Source: Myxococcota bacterium (lineage in GTDB: Bacteria; Myxococcota_A; UBA9160; UBA4427). Taken from it: DNA of 64,000 bases. Positions 18,131 to 28,468 of the stretch are shown here, one piece after another (positions within the stretch are counted from its first letter, which is position 1; every line of letters begins with the position of its first letter). Location: positions 96,001 to 160,000 of the forward strand of contig OZ252299.1 in assembly GCA_965250285.1 (NCBI GenBank). Direction: 5' to 3'. The position numbers were made by a program, and so were the translations under genes. Below the pieces are notes generated by a model. The model was not told the DNA's origin. It did not search any database and saw only the letters and a program-made list of their open reading frames with translations.

Positions 18131-19333
18131 ATGACTGCTCCTTCGAACAAGAAGTATCGGGCCGCACTTGTTGCAATATTTATCAGCGGCGGTGTGCTGG
18201 CAGCTCTGGTCGGGCTAGTTCCCTTCATACTTGGTAACGCACCGCCGGTTCCCGTACTTGAACTGACTCCTGCTGAGAAGTACGGCTATGCACCGATGAC
18301 TCTTGTAGCCAACGGCAGCCGATCCTCAGACCCCGACGGCGATTCGCTAACTTACGCTTGGCGCTTCAACGGCCAGGGCGAAGCTGAAGTGTCATCGCTC
18401 TTGGAGAAGCGAATTGCTAGGGGAGGGAAGTACCGGCTTGAGTTCCAGGTCTCGGATGGAAGCCACAGTCTCCCACCCCTCATCGAGTTGATCACCGTTC
18501 TCCCGCCGCTGAAGGATCTCGAAATCCCACCGCTGGCCCAGGACACCGTCCTGACTCATCCCGACGTGACACTCGTTCTGCCTCCAGAAATCGTAACGAA
18601 CGGATTCGGCCTTACGATCGAAGCTGGCGGCATCAAGGCAGGCGACACGAAGATCGTCTCTTTCATCAAGCCTAAAGCCGATCCCGTCTCGCCAGGGTCG
18701 AACGGTTCACGAGGAGGGCGGACAGGGATTCACGGCGACCCGGGTGAGAATGGAGCTGATGGATCAGATGGCAACGATGGCAAGTCACCTGGGCCTATCG
18801 TGCTGAAGGCCCCCTTCCTGTCAGGGAACCTTGCGATATCGAACCGTGGACAGAGTGGCGGAGACGGCGCGCCAGGGGGATCTGGGGGAAGTGGCGGGAG
18901 CGGTGCGAACGGACGCAACCGCGGCGGAGACGCAATCTGTTCAAACGATGTGCGACCCGGCAATGGCGGTAACGCTGGGAGGGGCGGCGATGCGGGTCGG
19001 GGCGGCGATGCGGGTGATGGAGGCAGCGGCGGCGATGTCACCGTCATCGTGGAAGATATTGATGCCCAGATCACGGTCGATGTTTCGCCGGGCTCACCAG
19101 GTATGCCGGGAGAACCTGGAACGCCCGGGCAACCTGGCTCTCGAGGAACTGGTGGTAGGCGGAGCCACTGCGGGGGCGGGGGGAGTGACGGAGGTGCGAA
19201 CACCGCCGGATCCGAACGGCCCGAGGGAGCGCCCGGCTCGACTGGCCACCGCGGCAACATTAAGTTCGTGATCGGTGGTCTTGAGCAGAATTATGCCACT
19301 AGCTCGGCCACACTTCGGAGATTGAGGAAGTAG
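18131..19333 (+). CDS. Membrane-anchored PKD/REJ-like protein with Gly-rich collagen-like region
   Basis: N-terminal TM; NGSRSSDPDGDSLTYAW; long G-x-y runs. Confidence 0.75.
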   Translation: MTAPSNKKYRAALVAIFISGGVLAALVGLVPFILGNAPPVPVLELTPAEKYGYAPMTLVANGSRSSDPDGDSLTYAWRFNGQGEAEVSSLLEKRIARGGKYRLEFQVSDGSHSLPPLIELITVLPPLKDLEIPPLAQDTVLTHPDVTLVLPPEIVTNGFGLTIEAGGIKAGDTKIVSFIKPKADPVSPGSNGSRGGRTGIHGDPGENGADGSDGNDGKSPGPIVLKAPFLSGNLAISNRGQSGGDGAPGGSGGSGGSGANGRNRGGDAICSNDVRPGNGGNAGRGGDAGRGGDAGDGGSGGDVTVIVEDIDAQITVDVSPGSPGMPGEPGTPGQPGSRGTGGRRSHCGGGGSDGGANTAGSERPEGAPGSTGHRGNIKFVIGGLEQNYATSSATLRRLRK

Positions 19334-19797
19334 CGGCGGCTCAGGAATGTTCCGGACGTGGCCGCCACATGGCACCGCGTTTCAGCGGATCGGCAGAACC
19401 TCGGTCCAATCGAACTCGGCTGCCAACTCGCACAATGCTCTGGGCGCAGGCTCGACCATGGCAAACGCTGTATTTGGCCGCGGTACCCCGACGTACGATC
19501 CCCGCGACCTCCTGAGGCCACTTCGCATCAAGCCGGTTGCGAAACCGACACAGGCATAGGGATTCTAAACACTCGGTCAGGCATCCGCGGAGCTGTAATC
19601 ACGCGCGGTGTTGGGCCCGGACGACGCGGCTCACCGATGTGGCGATCAGCTGGAATGCTCCTCATCGATCCGAAATGCCGCATCAAACAACGAGAAGGCA
19701 CGGCCATGCCTTGACAACAGAAGTGTTGTTGGCCGCAGGCGCGTCTGCCGGACCCAGTCGTGGTGAGCTGAACACAGAACATGCCACTCCGGTCCGG

Positions 19798-20292
19798 CTA
19801 AATCGGCGCAATTGTGAGCGTGATCCCGGGCAGATCGTTCACATCGTCGTCAAGGCACTCGTCATCACTCGCATGCAACGTGACCACGATCTTTCGGTTC
19901 TCGATGAGCCACCCATCACTCAGGTTGGTGCTTGAGCGCTCGCTCCACCCCGCCTTGCCCAGGACCTCTGCAATCGCAGAAGACAGACCCTTGGCTTCGC
20001 TGACCGCTTTGGACGCCGACTGGCGGCACCACTTCACAGCGAGCTCAGGGGAGCTCCCTGGTGACCCTGTTACTTCACAAGCCGAGCTGTTCGGCGGTAA
20101 CTTCTTACACTTCCACCAATGATGAGTGTCGTCCCACATCTCCAAGTCCTTCGCCCCTCTCATCGAGGAGAAGTCTGACTCCGACGCTTTGATCGCTGCG
20201 CGTAGAAACTCTTCAACGCTCTCAGCACCTGCGGCTCCCGGGATGGCAATTGAAGCCAATATGACTGCAATAGTCATCACAGCTGATCTCAT
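19798..20292 (-). CDS. Secreted hypothetical protein
   Basis: GAGG RBS, signal peptide, four Cys. Confidence 0.6.
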   Translation of the reverse strand: MRSAVMTIAVILASIAIPGAAGAESVEEFLRAAIKASESDFSSMRGAKDLEMWDDTHHWWKCKKLPPNSSACEVTGSPGSSPELAVKWCRQSASKAVSEAKGLSSAIAEVLGKAGWSERSSTNLSDGWLIENRKIVVTLHASDDECLDDDVNDLPGITLTIAPI

Positions 20293-20309
20293 ATCCTCTA
20301 CCCCTCGTT

Positions 20310-21137
20310 CTAGAGACCGAAGTTCCGCCTGCCGTAGCTGAATGCTTGCGAGAATCGAGTTGCACCGCGGAGCGCGAGTTCCCAACCAGCGGTCGCAGCT
20401 TGGAGACGCTGTGCCGGTGTGCCGTGGTGACCACGTGAGTTGAACGCGTAGTCACCCTTGTCGAAAACTGAACGCGCGGCACCTCGCGCATCGAAACGTG
20501 AGCCATGAGCAGTCTTGAATCCGAGATACCAGCCAGCCACGAAATCGGCCAGGAGTTCCATCTTCACGGTTGTTCCTACGGCATTCGCATTGAACTCAGC
20601 GATGTGAGCCCACTCATGAGCCATAATGAAGACGGCCGCACCCTCCCAAGCCAATGACTGCTCTTCTTGCTCCTGCTTGAGGAGATTGACACCGAAGCAA
20701 ACGGACCCGTGAGAACTCCCGAGGAAGGGGTCACTCGTGGCGAAGGCATTAGGACCGTCGGAGTCGTCGAAGAACGCAAACCCTGGTCGGTAGCCCATTA
20801 CGTCACCCAGCACCCGCGTTTCGAGCGAGAACGCCTGATCGATGTAGGGCCAGCCGGTGCGCTCAAGTAGCTCGAAGTTGGATTGGAGGGCTCTCGAGTC
20901 AGCCCGGTTGAGTGTGCAGCCTTGGTCAAGCGAAAAGGTCGCTCGGTCGCCACGCGTCTGCCTGCTCTGGCTACCATCGCCCGCTGATGGCCAACCGGCG
21001 CCACTCGATCCGCTGCTGCCCCCTCCCTCTTGATTCGAGCTTTCGCCTGGCCAGCCGCTCGCCAGCCCGAGCCTGGAGTAGGAACACGAACCCGCCGCAA
21101 CCCAGGCGGCGATAGACAGGAATGTCCTTCGGTCCAT
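20310..21137 (-). CDS. Exported zinc metallopeptidase (HExxH), Tat-like signal
   Basis: MDRRTFL; GPNAFAT, MAHEWAH, ELLADFVAG, HHGTPAQR. Confidence 0.8.
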   Translation of the reverse strand: MDRRTFLSIAAWVAAGSCSYSRLGLASGWPGESSNQEGGGSSGSSGAGWPSAGDGSQSRQTRGDRATFSLDQGCTLNRADSRALQSNFELLERTGWPYIDQAFSLETRVLGDVMGYRPGFAFFDDSDGPNAFATSDPFLGSSHGSVCFGVNLLKQEQEEQSLAWEGAAVFIMAHEWAHIAEFNANAVGTTVKMELLADFVAGWYLGFKTAHGSRFDARGAARSVFDKGDYAFNSRGHHGTPAQRLQAATAGWELALRGATRFSQAFSYGRRNFGL

Positions 21138-21163
21138 CCGACAGCCCTCCTCGGGCCAGATGT

Positions 21164-21655
21164 TCAGGAGTATTTCTTGATGCGAATAAAGACGTAAGGC
21201 TTGGACCCTGTAGAGGCGGTAAGGGTGATGCTCATCTTGTCTAGGGTGACGAGGCCAGAGCTCTGCCTTGTGTTGGTCAGTACCCAAAACGACTCGCTCT
21301 TGTAGTACTTGCCTGACTTCGAGTCAGACTCCTTGTGCTCGACCTTGACGCGTCCTATTCCCTCCACAACCTCCCATTCGCCAGTGAAGCAATCCGAAAC
21401 ATCCGAGAACATCGACGAGAAGAACGCGGAACTAGCGCTACGCGACATCCCTCGCCACTCGCACTCCACATGATCGCGAGAGGAGTCACAAGCCGAGTCA
21501 TCGGGAACAGAGGTAGGAGCGGACCCCTTCCCAAGTGCCCCGATCATCGCCCTCAAGTCTCGACAGACCTCACCAGCATCGGCGGGGCTCGGCGATGCGA
21601 TACCCAATGCTACGATCGTCGCAGCAACGCGCGAAAGAGTTCGACCGTCAGCCAT
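21164..21655 (-). CDS. Secreted hypothetical protein
   Basis: GAGGAG RBS, signal peptide, four Cys. Confidence 0.6.
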   Translation of the reverse strand: MADGRTLSRVAATIVALGIASPSPADAGEVCRDLRAMIGALGKGSAPTSVPDDSACDSSRDHVECEWRGMSRSASSAFFSSMFSDVSDCFTGEWEVVEGIGRVKVEHKESDSKSGKYYKSESFWVLTNTRQSSGLVTLDKMSITLTASTGSKPYVFIRIKKYS

Positions 21656-21817
21656 CAACGTCTCCTCGGCGCATCGGTCGTCAACCGCCGACGCCGTTGT
21701 GAAGAAAGCTCTCAGCCCGAGCGCGACATGCCCCCGTGCGGTGAACTTTTGAGTTCCCAATAGCGCTGCGCGAGGCGAGTACAGTTGGAGCCCGTCCACC
21801 GCTAAAGGTCTGGCTGG

Positions 21818-22108
21818 TCAGCGTCCTAGGTCCGTCACAGCCCACCGAACCATGCACTTCCACCGTTTCCAGGTGGCTGCGTCCGAGTCCTCCTCGCAGT
21901 CGCAGCTCTGGATGTTCACGTGCTTCTTCCCATAGGTGGCGATACTGCTCGTCTTAAGTTCCGCCATCTCCAACGCGCTTGAGCAGGCGTCGATCTTTGA
22001 TCCTCCGACTCCAATCTCGTGCCCGGTGGCATCACCAAGCGCAAGTGAGGCGCTGGAGATGGATATGACACCAATGGCCCCGGCCAGGTACGTCCAAGTG
22101 CTATTCAC
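21818..22108 (-). CDS. Small secreted Cys-containing protein
   Basis: GAGAGG RBS, signal peptide, AC...SCDC...WKC. Confidence 0.6.
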   Translation of the reverse strand: MNSTWTYLAGAIGVISISSASLALGDATGHEIGVGGSKIDACSSALEMAELKTSSIATYGKKHVNIQSCDCEEDSDAATWKRWKCMVRWAVTDLGR

Positions 22109-22159
22109 CCGTACACCTCTCTACCAACGCCGACCTCAGAATTGCTGCGTCCAAACAGA

Positions 22160-22450
22160 TCATGGGTCTGGCAGGCATTCGACGAGCTGGCAGAGCTTCT
22201 CGCAGGCAGGTGGCTTAAGGCCGCACTGGTGTCGACCTGGCTTCGGTACACCTGCATCGTTGAAGCCGCAGCCCGGAGAAGGCCTGATCTCTTCCCGCAG
22301 CTCTCCACCGGGACAAAAGTCGCCAGGATCAGCCGGCTCGAACCTGGGCCCGGCTCCCTCTCTGCCGGGTGCGGTCGACGTATCGTCGTCAGCGACTAGA
22401 GGTCCGACGCATAGGAGTGTCGTAGCCGCGATTGCAAGAAGACACCGCAT
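22160..22450 (-). CDS. Possible small secreted Cys-rich protein
   Basis: MRCLLAIAATTLLCVG signal, six further Cys; co-oriented with the cluster. Confidence 0.4.
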   Translation of the reverse strand: MRCLLAIAATTLLCVGPLVADDDTSTAPGREGAGPRFEPADPGDFCPGGELREEIRPSPGCGFNDAGVPKPGRHQCGLKPPACEKLCQLVECLPDP

Positions 22451-24406
22451 TACGACCACGAGCGTTGTCTCCGCTTTGGGTCGCCGACTGCGGCACCGAC
22501 GAGTGAACCTCAGTTTGGAATCTCTTGCAGACTCAGGAGGTATCATCGATCGTATTGTACCCAACTCTGGCAATCCCTAAACGCTCTGCCCTCACCCACC
22601 TCGCGATGCACGCAGCAGCGGCTCAGTCGTAGGCGTTTCTACGCGTGGCCACTCTTCACCTCGACTCCTTCAGACTGCCCCGCTGGGGATTGACGATGCG
22701 GTTGCCGAGGGAGGAGACCTTTGCCGTCATCTCGAGTCGGTAATTCGAGGAATCAACATGGGCTGCGTTTAAAGACTCATGAGCGACCTCTGGGGTAGTG
22801 AAGCTCAACTCGTTTGCGCAACACATCTACGCGTACCGCATCTCGATTGGGTTCGATAGATATGCGATTGCTCACATTCGCCCGGCCTCATTCAACTGTT
22901 CCGAGAAGATTCGAGCCGCGCACTCATGAAGGCCATCCACTCTCAGTGCTCTCGCGAAGCGGGATCGAGCTGCGTGGCCCGACGCCATCTCCAGCTCGTG
23001 CTCCTCGTGATCTGCTACCGAAGCGATCTCGAGCGCCATCGCGTCCGAAGCGTGTTGAGTAGGCGCCATCACCAACGGGACGCAGTACCTAACCGCGACT
23101 TCTCGTGACACCCCAACTCCGTCCACGATCTGGCGATTGAACCTTGGAATCCATCCAGCGTGCACGACCTTGCTTGGCCCGCAACACCGAAGTGTGCCTG
23201 AAACCCGCCGGACGTGCCGCAGCCTCGATCCCCTCAGAAACCAAAGCATCTGCCAGATACGGAATGACCTAGGGTGCGGCATTGAACGCATGGCGGCTGA
23301 CATGTCACCGGTCGGGCGGGGATCGGTAGGCTGCAGATAGGATCGGTCCCCATACATGCAGTTGGCAGACACCATGTCGAAAAGGCACAGCGCTGGCGTT
23401 CGCTGAGTCTACCCAGCGATGCGAATAGACAAGGTCGCGAGCCGCCGGCTAACGACGTTCACCGGCGTGCGGACAAGTCCTGTGCCCCAGACCCTTGATA
23501 CTCGGATGCCATCTACCCACCCCAAGTGAAACGCGTGCCGGCGGGTGCACAGTGGGCTGTCGATGGCTGCTCGCGTCCGGAGAACTCACTTCGCCACCGC
23601 CGTCGATTCCGTTTTCGTGGTTGCCTCACTTTCGGTTGGCTGAACCGTATTGGGCAGTCTCACCGGCGCGTCTCTCTCGTAGCCGGCGCGGATCGCACCC
23701 GCGATCGGAGATTCGCAGTGCGTTCGGAACGGATCGGTACCGACAACCAGCCCACAGTGCCCGCGCTGAGAGCTCGTTCGTTCTGAGTTTCGGGTCTATT
23801 CGCGCTGCAACGCCACACGTCCGCGCCGGAATCAGAGACTTCGGCCTAGAGCGCGATCACTAATCTTCCATCGTCGAGATGGTCATTCATGTGCACGCGA
23901 AGCACGTCTCGGGGGACCACTCGTACTTCAGATACTCAGGTACGGGGTAGGTGTCAGGAACGACTTCTCGCTCGAGTTCCTTGGACCACGTTGCGATCCA
24001 GGAGGCCTGCGTGCCTCAGCAATGAACTCCTGAGTCACTGGATCGATCGTCGACGGCTTGTCACGTGAACACGGGCGCCGTTTTCATGCTCAAACAGGAA
24101 CAAGGGTGGTTGGTTTGTGCCCGAGGTCAGCCCCTAAATCAGAAGGCGGTTGGACCCTCCCATGCTGCAGGGTCTTCTTTGACTGTGCCAACACAGAACC
24201 CGATTAGAGGCTCTTGGTCTTCCGCAACTATCCCGGCCACCTCGACGACTTGCAGAGCTCGACGCACAGACACGATCTCAAGCTTCGTGGCCAGACTGGC
24301 TACTTGTCTGGCAAGTCGTGAGATTTGCTGAGGAGTTGTTGCGTCATCCGCAGCCCACTCGGCCATGTAACGGATGGCCGAGCGCCGGGTGTGACGGAGT
24401 GCCCCG

Positions 24407-24424
24407 TGCTTCCGCTGGGCTTCC
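24407..24424 (+). promoter_or_regulatory. Two (T/G)GCTTCC repeats, putative arm-type sites; IHF-like site nearby (TAAGTGATTGTTT, 24466-24478)
   Basis: Same motif and 11-bp spacing as at the left end. Confidence 0.6.
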
Positions 24425-24490
24425 GGCAACTCGACCCAGCGAGCGATTGCCGAGGGCGAATCCCTAAGTGATTGTTTTGTAGGGGAAAAG

Positions 24491-24566
24491 TGGTGGCCCA
24501 GGGCGGATTTGAACCGCCGACACCTCGATTTTCAGTCGAGTGCTCTACCAACTGAGCTACCGGGCC
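24491..24566 (-). tRNA. tRNA-Phe (GAA)
   Basis: GGCCCGGTAGCTCAGTTGGTAGAGCACTCGACT-GAA-AATCGAGGTGTCGGCGGTTCAAATCCGCCCTGGGCCACCA, 76 nt with CCA. Confidence 0.97.
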
Positions 24567-24799
24567 ACGCGGGGCGCCGACCATAGCCGACCCGGCGCCA
24601 AATCTCACCGAAATCGCGTGCCAAAACCGGCCCGAAATCAGGGGGTTCGACGGGGTTGGGGCCGCATCGCCTCTCGCGGTGACCCGACCTGGCGCGCGCG
24701 GCCCGCTTCCCGGGGCCCTCGGGCCTGGGGTAGCGTCGAGCGCGGAGCCGCGAGTCGCGCTGCGCCTCTGGCTCGATCCCTCACTGCCCGGGAGCCTCG

Positions 24800-25705
24800 A
24801 TGTCTACTGACGAAGCCGCGCCGCGCACGGTCGACCCTTTTCACTTCATGTCACCGGGTCTCAGGCGAATGCTCGAGCCGTCGATTCCCACCGAACCGAA
24901 GCATCCGCCGATCCCGTGGGCGCCGCTCGACAAGCCGCTCGCCGAGTGCAAGGTGGCGCTGCTGTCGACCGCGGGTCTGTCGATGAAGGGCGATGCGCCG
25001 TTCGACATGGACTACGAGCGCAACAACCCGACCCGAGGTGACTCGAGCTTTCGGCGCCTGCGCGCCGATGCGACGTCGTCGACGGTCGAGGCGAACCATT
25101 TGCACATCGACACGAGCTACATCGAGCGCGATCTGAACGTGGCGCTACCGGTCGATCGCCTGCGCGAGCTCGTCGATGAAGGCGTGGTCGGCGCGATGGC
25201 CGAGACGCACTACTCGGTGATGGGCTTTCAGGGCAACGACGCGAGCGAGCTCGAGAACGAGTCGGCGCCCGCGATCGCCGAGATCATGAAGAGCGAGGAG
25301 GTCGATCTGGCGCTCCTCGCACCCGTCTGACCCGACTGCTGCCGGTCCGTGGGACTGGTCGCACGCAAGATCGAAGCGGCGGGGGTCCCCACCGTCACGC
25401 TCGAGATGATCTGGACGATCCACAACGGGGTCGGCATCCCGCGCGTCGCCGCCATCGAGCACCCCTTCGGGCGCCCGTACGGCGACGTTGGAGATGCCGG
25501 GCGGCAGCGCGACGTGCTGCTCTCGGCGCTCGAGCTGGCGCGCGATGCGCGTGAGCCGGGCACCGTCGCGCATCTGCCCTACCGCTGGGCCGAGGCGCCC
25601 GAGAACGTGAAGTGGGAGCCCGACGAGCCGAGCCCGATCATTGCGCTCATCAAGGCGCGTCGCGCGAAGGCCAAGGCGAAAGCCGAAGCAGCGGCTCAGG
25701 ACTGA
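24800..25705 (+). CDS. GrdB/PrdB-like (glycine/betaine/proline reductase B family) selenoprotein; UGA at 25328 read as Sec
   Basis: Two in-frame ORFs joined as LAPV-U-PDCCRSVGLVARKIEAAGVPTV; DLNVALPVDRLREL motif; hairpin after UGA. Confidence 0.85.
25337..25363 (+). promoter_or_regulatory. SECIS-like hairpin
   Basis: TGC-TG-CCGGTCC-GTG-GGACTGG-TC-GCA just 3' of the UGA. Confidence 0.65.
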
Positions 25706-25799
25706 GCCGGCGCGATCGGCCGGGTCGTCCGCACGGCGGGCGGAGCCGTCTGCGCGATCGCTGGTGTCGTCTGTACGAGCGGCAGATTCGCCTGCGGGA

Positions 25800-26438
25800 T
25801 CAGCCGGCCGCCGGCTCGACGGCGATCCGCTCGACCACGACTGGCTCGAGCGGACGATCCGGTCTGCCGAAGCGGCCGTGCTTGTCGATCTCGACCTCGG
25901 CGATCGCATCGACCACGGCCTGTCCCGCAATCACGCGTCCGAACACGGTGTGGTGGCCGTCGAGCTGGGGCTGCGTGTCGAGCGTGATGAAGAACTGGCT
26001 CCCGCCCGTGTTCGGCTTTCCCGAGTTCGCCATCGAGAGCACGCCACGGGTATGGGGCGCGGCGTTGAACTCGTCGTCGATGAGGTAGCCCGGGCCGCCG
26101 TAGCCGTCGTTGCGCGGGTCGGCATCTTTCGACGCTGGGTCGCCGCCCTGGATCATGAAGCCGGGGATCACACGATGGAACAGCGTGCCGTCGTAGAAGC
26201 CCTCGGCGGCCAGCTTCTCGAAGTTCGCGACCGTCTTCGGCGCGAGCTCGGGGTAGAGCTCGAGCTCGATCTGTCCGCGGCCCGCGATGCTGATCGTCGC
26301 CCGCGGATTCGGCCCCTCCGGCCAGGTGAAAGGCGCTGCTGCGGCCGGGGCGGCTTCGGGCTCCGACGAGCATCCGCCCCCGACGCAGAGCACCCAGACG
26401 GCCGCGAGAGCGGCGCCGACACCGACGGGGCCGCGCAT
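25800..26438 (-). CDS. Cyclophilin-type peptidyl-prolyl isomerase, putative lipoprotein
   Basis: [37 protein letters not shown]. Confidence 0.92.
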   Translation of the reverse strand: MRGPVGVGAALAAVWVLCVGGGCSSEPEAAPAAAAPFTWPEGPNPRATISIAGRGQIELELYPELAPKTVANFEKLAAEGFYDGTLFHRVIPGFMIQGGDPASKDADPRNDGYGGPGYLIDDEFNAAPHTRGVLSMANSGKPNTGGSQFFITLDTQPQLDGHHTVFGRVIAGQAVVDAIAEVEIDKHGRFGRPDRPLEPVVVERIAVEPAAG

Positions 26439-26627
26439 GCGTCGTCGCGACCCCTCGATGACACCAACGGGGCCGCGCATGCGTCGTCGCAACCCCTCGA
26501 TGACACCGACGGGGCCGCGCACGCGTCGTCGCAACCCCTCGATGACACCGACGGGGCCGCGCATGCGTCGTCGCGACCCCTCGATGACACCGACGGGGCC
26601 GCGCACGCGTCGTCGCAACCCCTCGAT
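26418..26627. repeat. Tandem repeat, 5 x 42 bp
   Basis: Unit GACACCGACGGGGCCGCGCAYGCGTCGTCGCRACCCCTCGAT at 26418, 26460, 26502, 26544 and 26586. Confidence 0.95.
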
Positions 26628-26661
26628 CTCGCTCGCAGTTCTCTGTGATACGGTCCGGGCC

Positions 26662-28440
26662 ATGACTTGGGTATCGACCGATTCGCGCTCGAAGCTGAGC
26701 GCTCCGTTCACGCGCCTCCTCTCGGGCCCCGGCGCGCCGGCTCGGCGGGCGCTCGCCGCCTGGGCGTGCGTGCTCGCCGTCGCGCTCGCGCCTGGCACGA
26801 TCGGCGCCGCCTCGGGCGCGCCCGTCTTCGGCGCCGAGGGCATGGTGGTGAGCACCCACCGCGACGCGGCCGAGGCCGGGGCCGAGATCCTCCGCGACGG
26901 GGGCAACGCCGTCGACGCCGCGATCGCGACCGCGTTCGCCGTGGCCGTCACGCAGCCCTTCTCAGCCGGGCTCGGGGGCGGTGTCTTTCTGCTGATCCGC
27001 ACGCCCGAGGGCGAGATCGTCGCCATCGACGGCCGCGAGACGGCGCCCGCCGCAGCGACGGTCGACATGTACGTGCGCGACGGGGTCCCCGAGCGTGCAT
27101 CGGTGCACGGCGCGCTCGCCGTTGCGACACCCTCCTTCGTGCAGGCCCTCGAGTTCGCGCACGAAGAGTACGGGTCGATGCCGTGGAAGAAGCTGCTGAA
27201 GCCAGCGATTCGGCTCGCCGAGGACGGCTTCGAGATCGGCCGCTACCACGCGCGCATGGTCGGGTTCATGCAGCAGCGCTTGCCCGCCGAACGCTTCCCC
27301 GAGACGGCGCGCATCCAGTTCGAGCCGCTGCAGCCGACGCCGCAGCCCGGTCAGCGCCTCGTGCAGAAGGATCTCGCGCGCACGCTGAAGGCGGTCGCCA
27401 AGCGTGGGTCGCGCGAGTTCACCGAGGGCGAGACCGGCCGTCGCATCGCCGAAGAGGTCGAGCGTCGCGGCGGCATCCTGACACTGGCCGACATCGCCAG
27501 CTACGAGCCGAAGCGGCGCGAACCGGTGCGGGGCACGTATCGCGGCCTCGAGGTCTACTCGTTTCCGCCGCCGTCGTCGGGGGGCGCCGTGCTCGTGCAG
27601 GCCCTGCAGATCCTCGAGGGCTTCGACCTCGAAGCGATGCAAGCGGGCAGCTCGAACGCGCTGCACCACGTGACCGAGGCGATGAAGCTCGCCTTCGCCG
27701 ACCGTGCCGTGTACATGGGCGACAGCGACTTCGTCGAGGTCCCGATCGAGCGGCTCACCAGCGAGGCCTACGCCGAGGCCCAGCGCGCGCGCATCGACGC
27801 CGACAAGGCGGGCAGCGTCGAGCCGGCGGCGCGGCAGCTGCCCGACGACTCGGGTACGACGCACCTGTCGACCACCGATGCGGCCGGCTACGCGGTGGCG
27901 CTCACGATGACGATCAACACGCCCTTCGGCAGCGGCATCACCGTGCCCGGCACCGGCGTGGTGCTCAACAACGAGATGGACGACTTCAGCGTCGCGCCCG
28001 GGACACCCAACAGCTACGGGCTGATCGACCAGCTCGGGGCGAACAGCATTCAGCCGGGCAAGCGCCCGCTGTCGAGCATGACCCCGTCGATCCTGCTGAA
28101 AGACGGTCAGCCCTTCATCGTCACCGGCAGCCCGGGTGGGCCACGCATCATCTCGACGACGCTGCTCACGATCCTGAACGTGGTCGACTGGGGCATGGAT
28201 GCGCAGGCGGCCGTTTCGGCGCCGCGCTTTCATCACCAGTGGCGACCCGACATGCTGCGGGTCGAGCCCGAGACACCCACCGACGTCGTCGAGGCGCTCG
28301 CCGGGCGCGGGCACGACGTCGACGTCTCGAAGCGGCACTGGTCGGCCGCCGAGATGATCGTCATCGATCCGACGACGGGCGTGCATCAGGGCGGCAGCGA
28401 TCCGCGCACCGACGGCGGTGCGGTGGGGGTCGGGCGCTGA
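26662..28440 (+). CDS. ggt: Gamma-glutamyltransferase
   Basis: [47 protein letters not shown]. Confidence 0.95.
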   Translation: MTWVSTDSRSKLSAPFTRLLSGPGAPARRALAAWACVLAVALAPGTIGAASGAPVFGAEGMVVSTHRDAAEAGAEILRDGGNAVDAAIATAFAVAVTQPFSAGLGGGVFLLIRTPEGEIVAIDGRETAPAAATVDMYVRDGVPERASVHGALAVATPSFVQALEFAHEEYGSMPWKKLLKPAIRLAEDGFEIGRYHARMVGFMQQRLPAERFPETARIQFEPLQPTPQPGQRLVQKDLARTLKAVAKRGSREFTEGETGRRIAEEVERRGGILTLADIASYEPKRREPVRGTYRGLEVYSFPPPSSGGAVLVQALQILEGFDLEAMQAGSSNALHHVTEAMKLAFADRAVYMGDSDFVEVPIERLTSEAYAEAQRARIDADKAGSVEPAARQLPDDSGTTHLSTTDAAGYAVALTMTINTPFGSGITVPGTGVVLNNEMDDFSVAPGTPNSYGLIDQLGANSIQPGKRPLSSMTPSILLKDGQPFIVTGSPGGPRIISTTLLTILNVVDWGMDAQAAVSAPRFHHQWRPDMLRVEPETPTDVVEALAGRGHDVDVSKRHWSAAEMIVIDPTTGVHQGGSDPRTDGGAVGVGR

Positions 28441-28468
28441 GCCACCCCCGCGCCGATCGAGCTCCCCG

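Larger units (their letters stand above)
8481..24537. mobile_element. ~16 kb integrative element (phage-satellite-like island) at tRNA-Phe
   Basis: 49-bp direct repeats, integrase at one end, arm-type repeats, visibly less GC-biased sequence than the flanks. Confidence 0.92.

Noticed and set aside
19365..19490. Further decayed attC after the PKD/collagen gene (CACCGCGTTTCAGCGGA)
   Set aside because: Left-arm resemblance only; no convincing right arm or GTT core found.
26418..26627. CRISPR array
   Set aside because: Head-to-tail units with no unique spacers.
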